Positions 31,747 to 40,728 of a stretch of 64,000 bases of DNA are shown here, piece after piece (positions within the stretch are counted from its first letter, which is position 1; each line of letters opens with the position of its first letter). The stretch comes from Candidatus Latescibacterota bacterium (GTDB taxonomy: Bacteria; Latescibacterota; UBA2968; GCA-2709665). The stretch is from assembly GCA_963662665.2 (NCBI GenBank), contig CAXXJS010000030.1, forward strand, positions 74,008 through 138,007, in the 5' to 3' direction. Under the pieces are notes generated by a model. It worked only from the letters and a program-made list of their open reading frames with translations, had not been told where the DNA came from and ran no database searches. The position numbers and the translations under genes were made by a program.

Positions 31747-32817
31747 TTAGATTTTCATCTTCGGATCCAGGGCGTCCCTCAGGCCGTCGCCAAGCAGGTT
31801 GTAGAGGGTTACAGTAATAAAAATGGCAAAGCCCGGCACGATGACCAGCCACCAGGCCGCGGTATTGTTCCGGGCGCCCGCAAGGATCGCGCCCCAGGTG
31901 ATGGCCTCGGCTGGTACGCCGATGCCGAGAAAGCTGAGGCCGGATTCGGCCAGGATAGCGCCCGCAACCCCGAACGCCGCCGGTATGAGTACTGGCGCGA
32001 TGGCGTTGGGCAGAATGTGGATGAACATGATCCGGCCGCTGGAATATCCCAGGCTCTTCGCCGCCGAAACAAAGTCGTAGCTTCTCACCTGCAGGAATTG
32101 CGACCGCGTGAGCCGGGCAATTCCGACCCATCCTGTAAAGCCGAGGATAATCATCACGAAAAAAAGGCTGGGCGGGAAAAACGCGGCGACCGTGATGATC
32201 AGAAAGAGGGCGGGTATGGCGGCCCAGAGCTCAAACAAGCGGGAAAGAATCAGATCGGGCCAGCCCCCGAAATAGCCAGCCAACGCGCCAAGCGAGACGC
32301 CGATGATCATTGAAATCGCCACCGAAATCAGCCCGATCGTGAGCGCGTAACGGGTTCCGTGGATCAGCCCTGAAAGTACGTCGCGACCCAGGCGATCGGT
32401 GCCGAGAAAGTGGGTCGTGCCGGGCGGTTCGTATTTCTCGCCCAGATTTACGTCGCTGGGGCCATAGGGGACGGGCGGGAAAATGGCGTATTCGGACCTG
32501 AGGCGTTTGAAATTCCTCCGTCTCCTGAGTGGTTCCGGCCAATCTGCCACTCCGAGATAGACGGCGTACTGACGAAAAGCGGGGAAATAGGTCTTGCCCC
32601 TGTATTTCATATAGAAGGGCTTGTTGCCGGCCAGGAAATCCGCGAACATCGCCGTGAGCGCAAGAACGCCGATCGCCGCCAGGCTGAAGAGTGCGGGGCG
32701 GTTTTTTCTGAACTGCCGCCAGACAAGCTTCGAATAGGTCTGGCTCTCCTGGACTGCCTCGGATTCGGGCGTTCCAGCGTCCGCTTCAGTCAGGTCGCGC
32801 TTGGGAGTGGCGGCCAT
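31747..32817 (-). CDS. oppC: Oligopeptide ABC permease
   Basis: VWRQFRKN, HFLGTDRLGRDV, ESGLSFLGIG, GDGLRDALDP. Confidence 0.92.
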   Translation of the reverse strand: MAATPKRDLTEADAGTPESEAVQESQTYSKLVWRQFRKNRPALFSLAAIGVLALTAMFADFLAGNKPFYMKYRGKTYFPAFRQYAVYLGVADWPEPLRRRRNFKRLRSEYAIFPPVPYGPSDVNLGEKYEPPGTTHFLGTDRLGRDVLSGLIHGTRYALTIGLISVAISMIIGVSLGALAGYFGGWPDLILSRLFELWAAIPALFLIITVAAFFPPSLFFVMIILGFTGWVGIARLTRSQFLQVRSYDFVSAAKSLGYSSGRIMFIHILPNAIAPVLIPAAFGVAGAILAESGLSFLGIGVPAEAITWGAILAGARNNTAAWWLVIVPGFAIFITVTLYNLLGDGLRDALDPKMKI

Positions 32818-33016
32818 TAATTCACCTTGATGCGAAATTCTTCGAGGAAGTAAAACCGAATATATGCAAGTAGATAAAGGCGATTTGACTTCAGATTAGC
32901 AGGATACACCAGGTCGCTGGACGTGGACTGAAAAAACGTCCTTTTTGACGACCGTTACGCCCCGTTTCAGGGGTTTTCGTCGCGTCGCCGAGTTGCTGTT
33001 TTTCTCGAATTGGGGT

Positions 33017-34318
33017 TCATCCCTGCAGACGAGAAAATTCGATTCGCGGATCCACGACTTTCAGAAGGATGTCCGCCAGCAGAATGCCAAGCAACGAGAG
33101 AAACGACCCGATGGTCAGAATGGCCATAACCATGGGATAATCGCGTACGAGTACGGATTGAACGCCCAGAAAGCCCAGGCCCGGTATGGTGAAAATGGTT
33201 TCTATAAAGACCGAGCCGGCAATCATTGCCGGAAGCAGATTCGCCAGAATGGTGACGATGGGGATCAGGGAGTTGCGGAACACGTGCCTTAGAATTACGA
33301 CTTTTTCGGGCAGCCCCTTCGCCCGCGCGGTGCGCACGTAGTCCAGCCGGAGGTTCTCCAGCATGCTGGTGCGCATAAAACGTGACAGGCCCGCGAAGCT
33401 GGCATAGCTGGAGGCCAGTACCGGCATGGCCATGTGGTGGGCGTGATCGGTTAACAACCGCCAGAAGCTCCAGTCGGAGGAGGCGTTCAGGGACTGGATG
33501 CCGGAGGCTGGAAACCAGTATAGGAATTCCTTGTTGCAGAAAAACACGATGAGCAGCATGCCAACCCAGAACGATGGCATGGACCACAGGATGAAGGTTC
33601 CCGTGGTGAGCGTGCGATCGGTCCGGGTGTCCTGTTTGACGGCCAGCCAGATACCCAGCGGAAGTCCGATGACATAGGCGATGATCAGGCTGATGACGTT
33701 GATTTCAATGGTGATGGGCACCCGCGCCATGATATGGGAGATGACCGGCTGCTGATCTTTGAAGGATCGACCGAAATTGAGCGTGACAAAGCGCCGATCG
33801 AAGATATGGAAGAGCAGCAGACCGGCGCCGTTATACTCGTAGTTATTCCGGAGTTTGACTGTTTTGCTCTCCCAGAAAGAGGAAAGGACGAGCGCTTCCG
33901 CCTCGTCCGGGTGATATTTTTCGAAACTTCGAAGGAATCGGGCTTTCCGCGCCTCGTATTCCAGTGCTGCCAACTCTCTTCGCTCGTCCTGGTCCAGGTT
34001 CGCGAGAAAAAGGTCGACGCGCCGGCCCATACGTTCGAAATTGTTCAGCGGCTCCACGTGAAGAATCAGATTCGATAACCAGGTCAGGTACTGGACGTGC
34101 AGCGGCTTGTCCAGGCCGAGCTGACGACGAAGTTCCTCGCGTGTTTTCTCAAAGTCCGACTTCCGGTCCGTGGAGATGCCCTCCTCTCCCGCCATGCCGC
34201 CGAGGAAAAAGTCCACCGGGTCTCCCGGCGCGAGGTGCATGATAAGAAACGAGATGAGCGTGATGCCGATCATCGTCGGGATCATCAGCAGGCTGCGCTG
34301 CAGGATGTATTGAATCAT
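33017..34318 (-). CDS. oppB: Oligopeptide ABC permease
   Basis: YILQR, APGDP, GLDKP, DYVRTARAKGL, ETIFTIPGLG, VDPRI. Confidence 0.92.
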   Translation of the reverse strand: MIQYILQRSLLMIPTMIGITLISFLIMHLAPGDPVDFFLGGMAGEEGISTDRKSDFEKTREELRRQLGLDKPLHVQYLTWLSNLILHVEPLNNFERMGRRVDLFLANLDQDERRELAALEYEARKARFLRSFEKYHPDEAEALVLSSFWESKTVKLRNNYEYNGAGLLLFHIFDRRFVTLNFGRSFKDQQPVISHIMARVPITIEINVISLIIAYVIGLPLGIWLAVKQDTRTDRTLTTGTFILWSMPSFWVGMLLIVFFCNKEFLYWFPASGIQSLNASSDWSFWRLLTDHAHHMAMPVLASSYASFAGLSRFMRTSMLENLRLDYVRTARAKGLPEKVVILRHVFRNSLIPIVTILANLLPAMIAGSVFIETIFTIPGLGFLGVQSVLVRDYPMVMAILTIGSFLSLLGILLADILLKVVDPRIEFSRLQG

Positions 34319-34397
34319 CTGGCTTCAGGCCTCTGCGTACGGACGTCGCTTGATTGCGTATCGCGAAAAGGTCCGGTTTTTCCCTGCCGCCGTGGTT

Positions 34398-36239
34398 TCA
34401 TTGATACAACCGGTTGCCCGCGCCCACCCACCATTCCTGGGTGTCCGCGCCAATGGCATACCAGTTATCACCCACGAAACGCCTGTTGTAGGATATGGCG
34501 TTGCGGGACTTCCAGAGGAACGTATATGGCTGTTCGTCGTAAAGGATTTTCTGGAATCGCCGGTACAGTTGAACGCGCTTGTCCATATCGAATTCCCGGC
34601 GGTAGGTTTCCAGGATGCCGTCGACTTCCTCGTTCTTGAAACCGATGTAGTTCGAACCCTGGCCCTCGGCCTGTGACGAGTGCCAGATCTGGTACGAATC
34701 CGGCGGAAGGCGTAGGCTGCCCGTCCACCCGAGGGTACAGGCGGCGAAATCCTTTTTGCGTACCACCCGGTCCAGAAATATGGTCCAGTCGAGTTCGCGG
34801 ACCTCGCAGGCGATTCCGATGTCTTGAAGTTCGTACTGTAGTGCCAGGGCGATGTCTTTACGAAGCTGGTTGCCTGAATTGACCAGGAATTCAAACTTGA
34901 AGGGCATCTTCTCGCCGTCGACGTCCTTATCCAGGATGCCGTCGTTGTCGCTATCTGCCCAGCCGGCCTCCTCCAGAAGGACGAGCGCTCTGTCGGGATC
35001 GTACGGGTGGGGTTCGAGGCTGTGGTTGTATTCGGGCCGGAATTTGTGAATGGGCCCCTCAACGGTTTCCGCCAGACCGAACATGAGGTTCAATACCATG
35101 CTCTCGCGGTCGGTGAGGTACGTCATGGCTTTGCGGACGCGCTTGTCACGAAAGATGGGGTGCGCGTTATTCCAGCCTATATACACGTACCCCGAAGAAT
35201 ATACCACGCTCTTCTTGAATCGGTCCATAAAGTCCGGAGACCAGCTCTTGTCCTTGAATTGCAGGGGTCTGAGCCCGAAGTAGTCGATGTTCCCGTTCGT
35301 GAGTTCGATGAACGCGGCCTCCTGGTCGTTCACGATCTTGAAGACGACTTTTTCCACGTATCCCTTGTGCATCAGATCCGCGCGGTCCATTCCCCAGTAG
35401 TTGTGGTTCCGGGTAAGGATAACCTTCTGCCCCGTGACCACGTCGTCTTCCCACTTTTCTACGAGATAGGGGCCGGAACCGAGCATTTTTCGGTGGTATC
35501 CGGTGTTGAATTTCTCGGCAAACTGCTGAACGCGTTCGGCATGCGGCCCGGTTTCCCAGGTTCCGTCGATCAGGCTGCTTGCATCGACAGGATCAAGCAG
35601 GCCGTCCGGGTCGTAGAAATGTCTGGGGAGAATCTGCAGGCTGCCCAGGGAGATGTTGTTCCGGAAGTAGGGTTCCCGGCAGATGAAGCTGATTCTGTAT
35701 TTACCCTCCTGCCGGACGTCACTGATGGCCGAGTAATAATTGCGGAGCGACGCGGCAAGAACCTTCGGGTTCTTTATGACCTTTATGCTGAAGAGGACGT
35801 CGTTTGCCGACAGCGGCTTGCCGTCGGCGAAATAAACGTCGTCGCGCAGGTCGAAGGTATAGGTGAGCTTGTCTTCGGATACCGCGGGAGGTCCCTTTGC
35901 AATCAACCCTCTGAGTTTATAGGGTGACTCGTTCTCCAGGTCGAGGAGGGATTCGAAGACGTACTGATGAACCGCTGATGCGCCGGAGTCATTGGAGACG
36001 TAGGGGTTGAAATTCTCCGGATCCGACAGGAAGTGGCGGACCATCCAGTCGCCGTATTGCGGTTTGTCGTCGCCGGAGTACATGGCAGGCACCCTGTCGG
36101 TTCCATCCAGTACGATCGCAGGGGCTTCCCTTGTATCAATCAGCGTTCTCTGAACCTTCTGCCATGGGGTCTCGCCATTGCAGGCCGCCGTTAAGACACA
36201 AAACAGCCCCAGGACTGCAATTCCGCGCCCGTTACCCAT
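34398..36239 (-). CDS. oppA: Peptide ABC transporter substrate-binding lipoprotein (SBP family 5)
   Basis: Lipobox LTAAC, DPENFNP, YTFDLRDDVYFADG, GSGPY, DKRVRKAM. Start overlaps the glmL-like stop by 8 bp. Confidence 0.88.
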   Translation of the reverse strand: MGNGRGIAVLGLFCVLTAACNGETPWQKVQRTLIDTREAPAIVLDGTDRVPAMYSGDDKPQYGDWMVRHFLSDPENFNPYVSNDSGASAVHQYVFESLLDLENESPYKLRGLIAKGPPAVSEDKLTYTFDLRDDVYFADGKPLSANDVLFSIKVIKNPKVLAASLRNYYSAISDVRQEGKYRISFICREPYFRNNISLGSLQILPRHFYDPDGLLDPVDASSLIDGTWETGPHAERVQQFAEKFNTGYHRKMLGSGPYLVEKWEDDVVTGQKVILTRNHNYWGMDRADLMHKGYVEKVVFKIVNDQEAAFIELTNGNIDYFGLRPLQFKDKSWSPDFMDRFKKSVVYSSGYVYIGWNNAHPIFRDKRVRKAMTYLTDRESMVLNLMFGLAETVEGPIHKFRPEYNHSLEPHPYDPDRALVLLEEAGWADSDNDGILDKDVDGEKMPFKFEFLVNSGNQLRKDIALALQYELQDIGIACEVRELDWTIFLDRVVRKKDFAACTLGWTGSLRLPPDSYQIWHSSQAEGQGSNYIGFKNEEVDGILETYRREFDMDKRVQLYRRFQKILYDEQPYTFLWKSRNAISYNRRFVGDNWYAIGADTQEWWVGAGNRLYQ

Positions 36240-38034
36240 CGTTCGTCTCCTTGTGCCGGGGATAGAGGTCCAATGCCCTGTTCCAGGCGGCAATCCGCCC
36301 GGCCCGATCCGTGTCTGAAAATGGAATCGGTCGGCCGCGTCCGTCCAGAATCAGACCGGCCACGCCACCCTTCACGGTCTGGCGAATCGTCTGGCCCGGT
36401 CCGGCCCCGGCATTCCAGCCGGATTCGGGATGCAGCGTGACGGCGGCCTCCTGGTCAGGGTTTACGTTGAACAATTGAAGCGCCCCGACTTTCAGTTCCC
36501 CGGCCCTTGTGCTGCCGGCAAGGCCGATTTCATACGCTGCGCAGACTTCACCCGGTTTTCCCTGTCCGGCAGGGGCAACGCAGGTTCCCAGGTCGACCAG
36601 GCAGTCCCGTTCGAAAACTTCGGCGGCGGCCGGTTCGTTGACGCTTGTCAGGACACCCAGGTGGGGCATCATAAAGATGCTGTCAACGGCCAATCGCGTA
36701 AATCCCTGGGGCTGGAAAGCGTCGATGAGCATGGCAGCCGACTGCGCGCGCCGGGGCGCGTGGGAGAGAACGCCGCCGCTGCCCACCAGCAGGTCCAGGT
36801 CCGGCATATGAATGAGACTCTCGCCGGTACCGCTCTGGTCGAAAGCGTCGGAGAGGGTACGTTCCGTCTGCACGCCCTTGAGGCCCACGGCAAGGGCCCT
36901 GTGCTGCTCGAACGCGAGGCGCAATGCCTCGCGGGCGAGGGCCTGTTCGAGTTGGAGTTCCTCCAGCGTCTGAGGGACGGTCGTTGGACGGATCATCTTG
37001 TTCTTGACGCGGTCCCTGAGGTCGGCCTCTTCGATTTCGAAAGGTACCCAGCGCATCACGTTGGCCAGACCGGCCTCGGCCAGCACGTTGGAGACGCTGT
37101 ACGACATGCCCAGATTCGCGCTTACGGTACGGTTGAACAACTCGCCGAAGACGCTGAAGACGTCGGTGGTCGCCCCGCCGATATCCACACCCAAGACGTT
37201 GATGTTCCGGCGACGGGCCACGGTCTGAATGAGCAGGCCGACCGCGCCGGGGGTGGGCATAATGGGCGCGCCCGCCCATTCCATCAGTTTGGGGTACCCG
37301 GGCGCCTGCGCCATCACGTGTTCCAGAAAAAGGTCGTGGATGACCTGGCGCGCCGGTCCCAGGTTTTCGCGTTCGAGCTGGGGGCGGATATTGTCCGTGA
37401 GTTTCAGTGCGGTTTTTTCGCTCAGGACCTGCCGGACATTCTGGCGGGCGTCTTTGTTTCCTGCATAGATCACGGGCAGCCGGAAGCCGGCGCCGAACCT
37501 GGGTCTGGGGTCCGCCGCGGCGATGAACTCGGCGAGTTCCACCACGTGACTGACGGTTCCGCCGTCGGTTCCGCCGGAGAGAAGCACCATGTCCGGTCTC
37601 AAATGGCGGATGCGTTCGACCTTCTGGTGCGGCAGACGGCCGTCGTTGGATGCAAGCACGTCCATCACGATGGCCCCCGCGCCAAGGGCCGCTCGCTGGG
37701 CGCTTTCGCCGGTCATTGCCTGGACAACGCCGCCCACCATCATCTGGAGGCCGCCTCCGGCGCTGCTGGTGGACACGTAGATGTCAACACCGCGGCCTTC
37801 TGAGGCGGGCGTGATAATGCGTTCGCCGTCCAGGATGGCCCGTCCGGAGAGTTCTTCAACTTCCTGGATGGCGTTGAGCACGCCGCGAGTGACGTCTTCA
37901 AAAGGTGCTTCGACCGTGGTGGGCGCCTCGCCGCGAGAGGTTTGCCTGTAGCACGCCCCCTTTTTTTCAATAAGGATTGCCTTCGTTGTCGTGCTGCCGC
38001 AGTCCGTCGCGATAATGACGTCAGGTCTATCCAT
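36232..38034 (-). CDS. Glutamate mutase L (GlmL)-like ASKHA-fold ATPase
   Basis: TDCGSTTTK, APTTVE, STSSAGGGL, LSGGTDGG, PTPGAV, VDIGGATTDVFS, RTVSANLGMSYS, GSGGVLSH. Confidence 0.8.
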   Translation of the reverse strand: MDRPDVIIATDCGSTTTKAILIEKKGACYRQTSRGEAPTTVEAPFEDVTRGVLNAIQEVEELSGRAILDGERIITPASEGRGVDIYVSTSSAGGGLQMMVGGVVQAMTGESAQRAALGAGAIVMDVLASNDGRLPHQKVERIRHLRPDMVLLSGGTDGGTVSHVVELAEFIAAADPRPRFGAGFRLPVIYAGNKDARQNVRQVLSEKTALKLTDNIRPQLERENLGPARQVIHDLFLEHVMAQAPGYPKLMEWAGAPIMPTPGAVGLLIQTVARRRNINVLGVDIGGATTDVFSVFGELFNRTVSANLGMSYSVSNVLAEAGLANVMRWVPFEIEEADLRDRVKNKMIRPTTVPQTLEELQLEQALAREALRLAFEQHRALAVGLKGVQTERTLSDAFDQSGTGESLIHMPDLDLLVGSGGVLSHAPRRAQSAAMLIDAFQPQGFTRLAVDSIFMMPHLGVLTSVNEPAAAEVFERDCLVDLGTCVAPAGQGKPGEVCAAYEIGLAGSTRAGELKVGALQLFNVNPDQEAAVTLHPESGWNAGAGPGQTIRQTVKGGVAGLILDGRGRPIPFSDTDRAGRIAAWNRALDLYPRHKETNDG

Positions 38035-38380
38035 TAAGTTGGTTTTCCGACTCCACGAGGGAATCGATCAGCGTCTGCACACTCTGCCGTTTTTCCAGAA
38101 AACGCACAAATCGACCATATTCCACGCCCGTGAAGATAAGGGTGACAAAGGGTGAAAGAAAAGTCAAAAACTGACTGCCTATGAAGTTGAAGGGACGGCT
38201 GGCTTCCAGCACCATCAACGCAGGCGTGGTCATTTGCCTGCGTACCACGAATTCCGCCATTTTCGTCGCGAGAGCCCTCTCTTCCCGCGTGATGCGATCT
38301 TCCGGCGGATTGACGGCGAACGCGTGTTCGCACCAGGCTCTAAGACGCTGCATCCGTGAGTCGGGTCCGGACATAGGCAA
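38027..38380 (-). CDS. Hypothetical protein
   Basis: 117-aa ORF overlapping both neighbours; LEASRPFNFIGSQ. Confidence 0.7.
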   Translation of the reverse strand: MPMSGPDSRMQRLRAWCEHAFAVNPPEDRITREERALATKMAEFVVRRQMTTPALMVLEASRPFNFIGSQFLTFLSPFVTLIFTGVEYGRFVRFLEKRQSVQTLIDSLVESENQLNG

Positions 38381-38780
38381 TGACCTCGTCCCGATTGTCG
38401 TGAAGGCGCAAAAAACAGCCGCGAAACGGATCGAGCCGGTGCGGGCTGGCGAATGGGCTCAGGAAGACGCCGTCGGGGGCGACGGTATGACGTCGAATCC
38501 GGCTCCAGGGAATTCTCCGTCGCGTGCCTGCGTGTGCAATCAGGATATGACTCTCCTGAAGCGCGTATCGCGTGGGGAGGAAGTAGCGGGACATCGAGGC
38601 CGTGAGCAACACCGCAGACATGAAACCGAATGCCGGCGCTTCGAATGCGATGGCAACGAGAATCGAGAGCCCAAGCACACTGAGGATGAGCAGGACCGTT
38701 TTCACCGGCGGTTCATGCAGGAGAGGATGGACGGTCCAGCGGAGTTCGGAGGTCGTTCGGGGCGTCCCGGGCTTGTCCAT
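38340..38780 (-). CDS. Hypothetical two-TM protein with a PH-like C-terminal domain
   Basis: WTVHP, two TMs, YFLPTRY...RRIPWS...LSPF...RLDPFRG. Confidence 0.65.
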   Translation of the reverse strand: MDKPGTPRTTSELRWTVHPLLHEPPVKTVLLILSVLGLSILVAIAFEAPAFGFMSAVLLTASMSRYFLPTRYALQESHILIAHAGTRRRIPWSRIRRHTVAPDGVFLSPFASPHRLDPFRGCFLRLHDNRDEVIAYVRTRLTDAAS

Positions 38781-38861
38781 GCGTTTGGTGAATCGACGGC
38801 GTGGCAACGTGGGGAAGGCTTGCGGGACCTGCGCTCGCCGGTGGAAATGCGGGGTCGGCGT

Positions 38862-39770
38862 TCAGATGATGCGTCGGACAACCCGGGGTTTCTGCGGCCG
38901 GTCTCCAAAGTTCCAGGCGTCCGTACCGTATTTTGTCGCAATGAGGCGTTCGACGTCGGCCCTCTCGTCCGGAGTCAACGGCGCTTCTACCATTGCTATA
39001 TCGAGGGTTTTCTCAAAACCACCCCGGAGGGCGTGCGCAACCGTGTCGAAATCAGCGGGTCGACCTGCCTCCGTCAGGGAGATGGTGTGGCGGTCCAATT
39101 CCCGTCGAAAGCGCTCTTTCAGCGCCTTTCCCCTGTCAGGCATAAGATCGATCAGGCGTTTGTGTTCCGGGCCCAGAAGGAGCGAGCCGTGTTGAAGCAG
39201 CACGTCGCCGATGCGACGTTGGGCGCTTCCGATGATTTTCCTGCCGCCCAGCGTCACCTCGTACTGCGTGGTGCTCGAAAAACAGGGCGACGTCAGACCC
39301 TCGCCGCGCGGCGACGAAACAGGAGTGCGGCGAGGCTCGAACTCTACGTCCACGTCGAGCAGTCGAAGGCCCGCAACGAGGCATGCGCTGATGTTCCTGT
39401 AGGACGCCTGTATCGACCCGCCCAGCAGGGGGTCGTCGGCCCGGCACAGGACGCTGTAGGTCAGTTCGTTCCAGTGGAGAACGGCGCGTCCGCCGCTCGG
39501 CCGGCGGACAAGGTGAATACCGCGCTCCCGGCATCGACCCGCGTCGACCTCACGGCCGATCCTCTGGGCATAGCCGAAAGAGACGGCCGGCGGCGTCCAG
39601 CCGAAAGTTCGGACCGTGGGCGGTGCGGTCTCTTTCTCAACGCCGCGGACGACGGCTTCGTCCACGGCCATATTAGAAAAAGCGTTTCCTGACCGGGTGT
39701 TCAGGAAACGCCATTTACGCGATCTAGTGTCCTGTCCCAAAAATACCTCACCATTCTTCCGACGATTCAT
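38862..39770 (-). CDS. Lipoate-protein ligase A / octanoyltransferase (LipM-like)
   Basis: NMAVDEA, SFGYAQ, VRRPSGGRAVLH, ELTYS, RKIIGSAQRR, LQHGS. Confidence 0.88.
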   Translation of the reverse strand: MNRRKNGEVFLGQDTRSRKWRFLNTRSGNAFSNMAVDEAVVRGVEKETAPPTVRTFGWTPPAVSFGYAQRIGREVDAGRCRERGIHLVRRPSGGRAVLHWNELTYSVLCRADDPLLGGSIQASYRNISACLVAGLRLLDVDVEFEPRRTPVSSPRGEGLTSPCFSSTTQYEVTLGGRKIIGSAQRRIGDVLLQHGSLLLGPEHKRLIDLMPDRGKALKERFRRELDRHTISLTEAGRPADFDTVAHALRGGFEKTLDIAMVEAPLTPDERADVERLIATKYGTDAWNFGDRPQKPRVVRRII

Positions 39771-39905
39771 CCCGTCTCGCTACGTTGCCATCGCTCGCCG
39801 ACCTTGCCCAGGTCGCCTGCGCTCTGGCGCCTTGCGAGCCGGGCGACTCGACGGCCGAATTCAGGCAACTTATTTCCGGGACAGAACACTCGTTGCCTGC
39901 ATGGT

Positions 39906-40664
39906 TCAGGAAACCCCCAGCTTCTCCAGCGCCTCTTTCGCCGCCATCTGTTGTGCTTCTTTCTTGCTGCGGCCCTTTCCGAAGCCAATGCGTTCACCGC
40001 TGACAAGGACCTCAACACTGAACGTCTTATGGTGATCCGGTCCCTCTTCCGAACTGACCAGGTAGCGAGGATGTCCCCGTCCTTCGCCCTGCGTATGCTC
40101 CAGGAGGGCGCTTTTGAAGTTGAGGTAGCTGTCGTTGGCCACAATCGCCTCGATATTGCAGAGGAGGTGGCGCTGCACGAACGTGGCCGCGGCCTTGAGG
40201 CCGCCGTCGAGGTAAATCGCGCCGAGAATGGCCTCAAAAGCGTCGCCGATAATGGAAGTCCGATCTCGTCCACCGGCCAGATCCTCTTCCTTGCTGAGCA
40301 GCATGTGGTGTCCGAGCCCGATGGCGCGGCCCCTCTGGGCGAGAATGACTTTGCTGACGAGTACCGATTTGATCTGGGTGAGGTCGCCTTCCCGTTTGCT
40401 CTGAAATTTCCTATACAGGTTCTCGGTGACCAGCAGATCCAGTACGGCGTCCCCCAGAAATTCCAGCCGTTCGTTTGAGGCGATACTCGCTTCGTCCATT
40501 GAGTAGGCGTAGGAGCGGTGTTTAATCGCCTGGATCAGGAGTTGGGGATCCGAAAATCTATAGCCGAGTTCTTCCTGAAGTCGTTCCGGCGAAAACACTT
40601 CCCGGTCGCTCGCGAGCCAGCGTGAGACAGCATGTCGTATTCTGACGAGTCCGATCGGATGCAT
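39906..40664 (-). CDS. rnc: Ribonuclease III
   Basis: NERLEFLGDAVL, DAFEAILGAIYLD, dsRBD (GPDH...GRSKKEAQQ). Confidence 0.95.
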   Translation of the reverse strand: MHPIGLVRIRHAVSRWLASDREVFSPERLQEELGYRFSDPQLLIQAIKHRSYAYSMDEASIASNERLEFLGDAVLDLLVTENLYRKFQSKREGDLTQIKSVLVSKVILAQRGRAIGLGHHMLLSKEEDLAGGRDRTSIIGDAFEAILGAIYLDGGLKAAATFVQRHLLCNIEAIVANDSYLNFKSALLEHTQGEGRGHPRYLVSSEEGPDHHKTFSVEVLVSGERIGFGKGRSKKEAQQMAAKEALEKLGVS

Positions 40665-40728
40665 CCTCCCGATTTGGCGCCTGTACGGGACCGCAAAACA
40701 GCAAGAAAAACCCGGTCTCGTTTGTGTT

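Noticed and set aside
36232-38034. Calling this gene mismatch-repair mutL or evidence of glutamate fermentation
   Set aside because: The motifs are ASKHA, not GHKL, and no glutamate mutase subunits are in the window.
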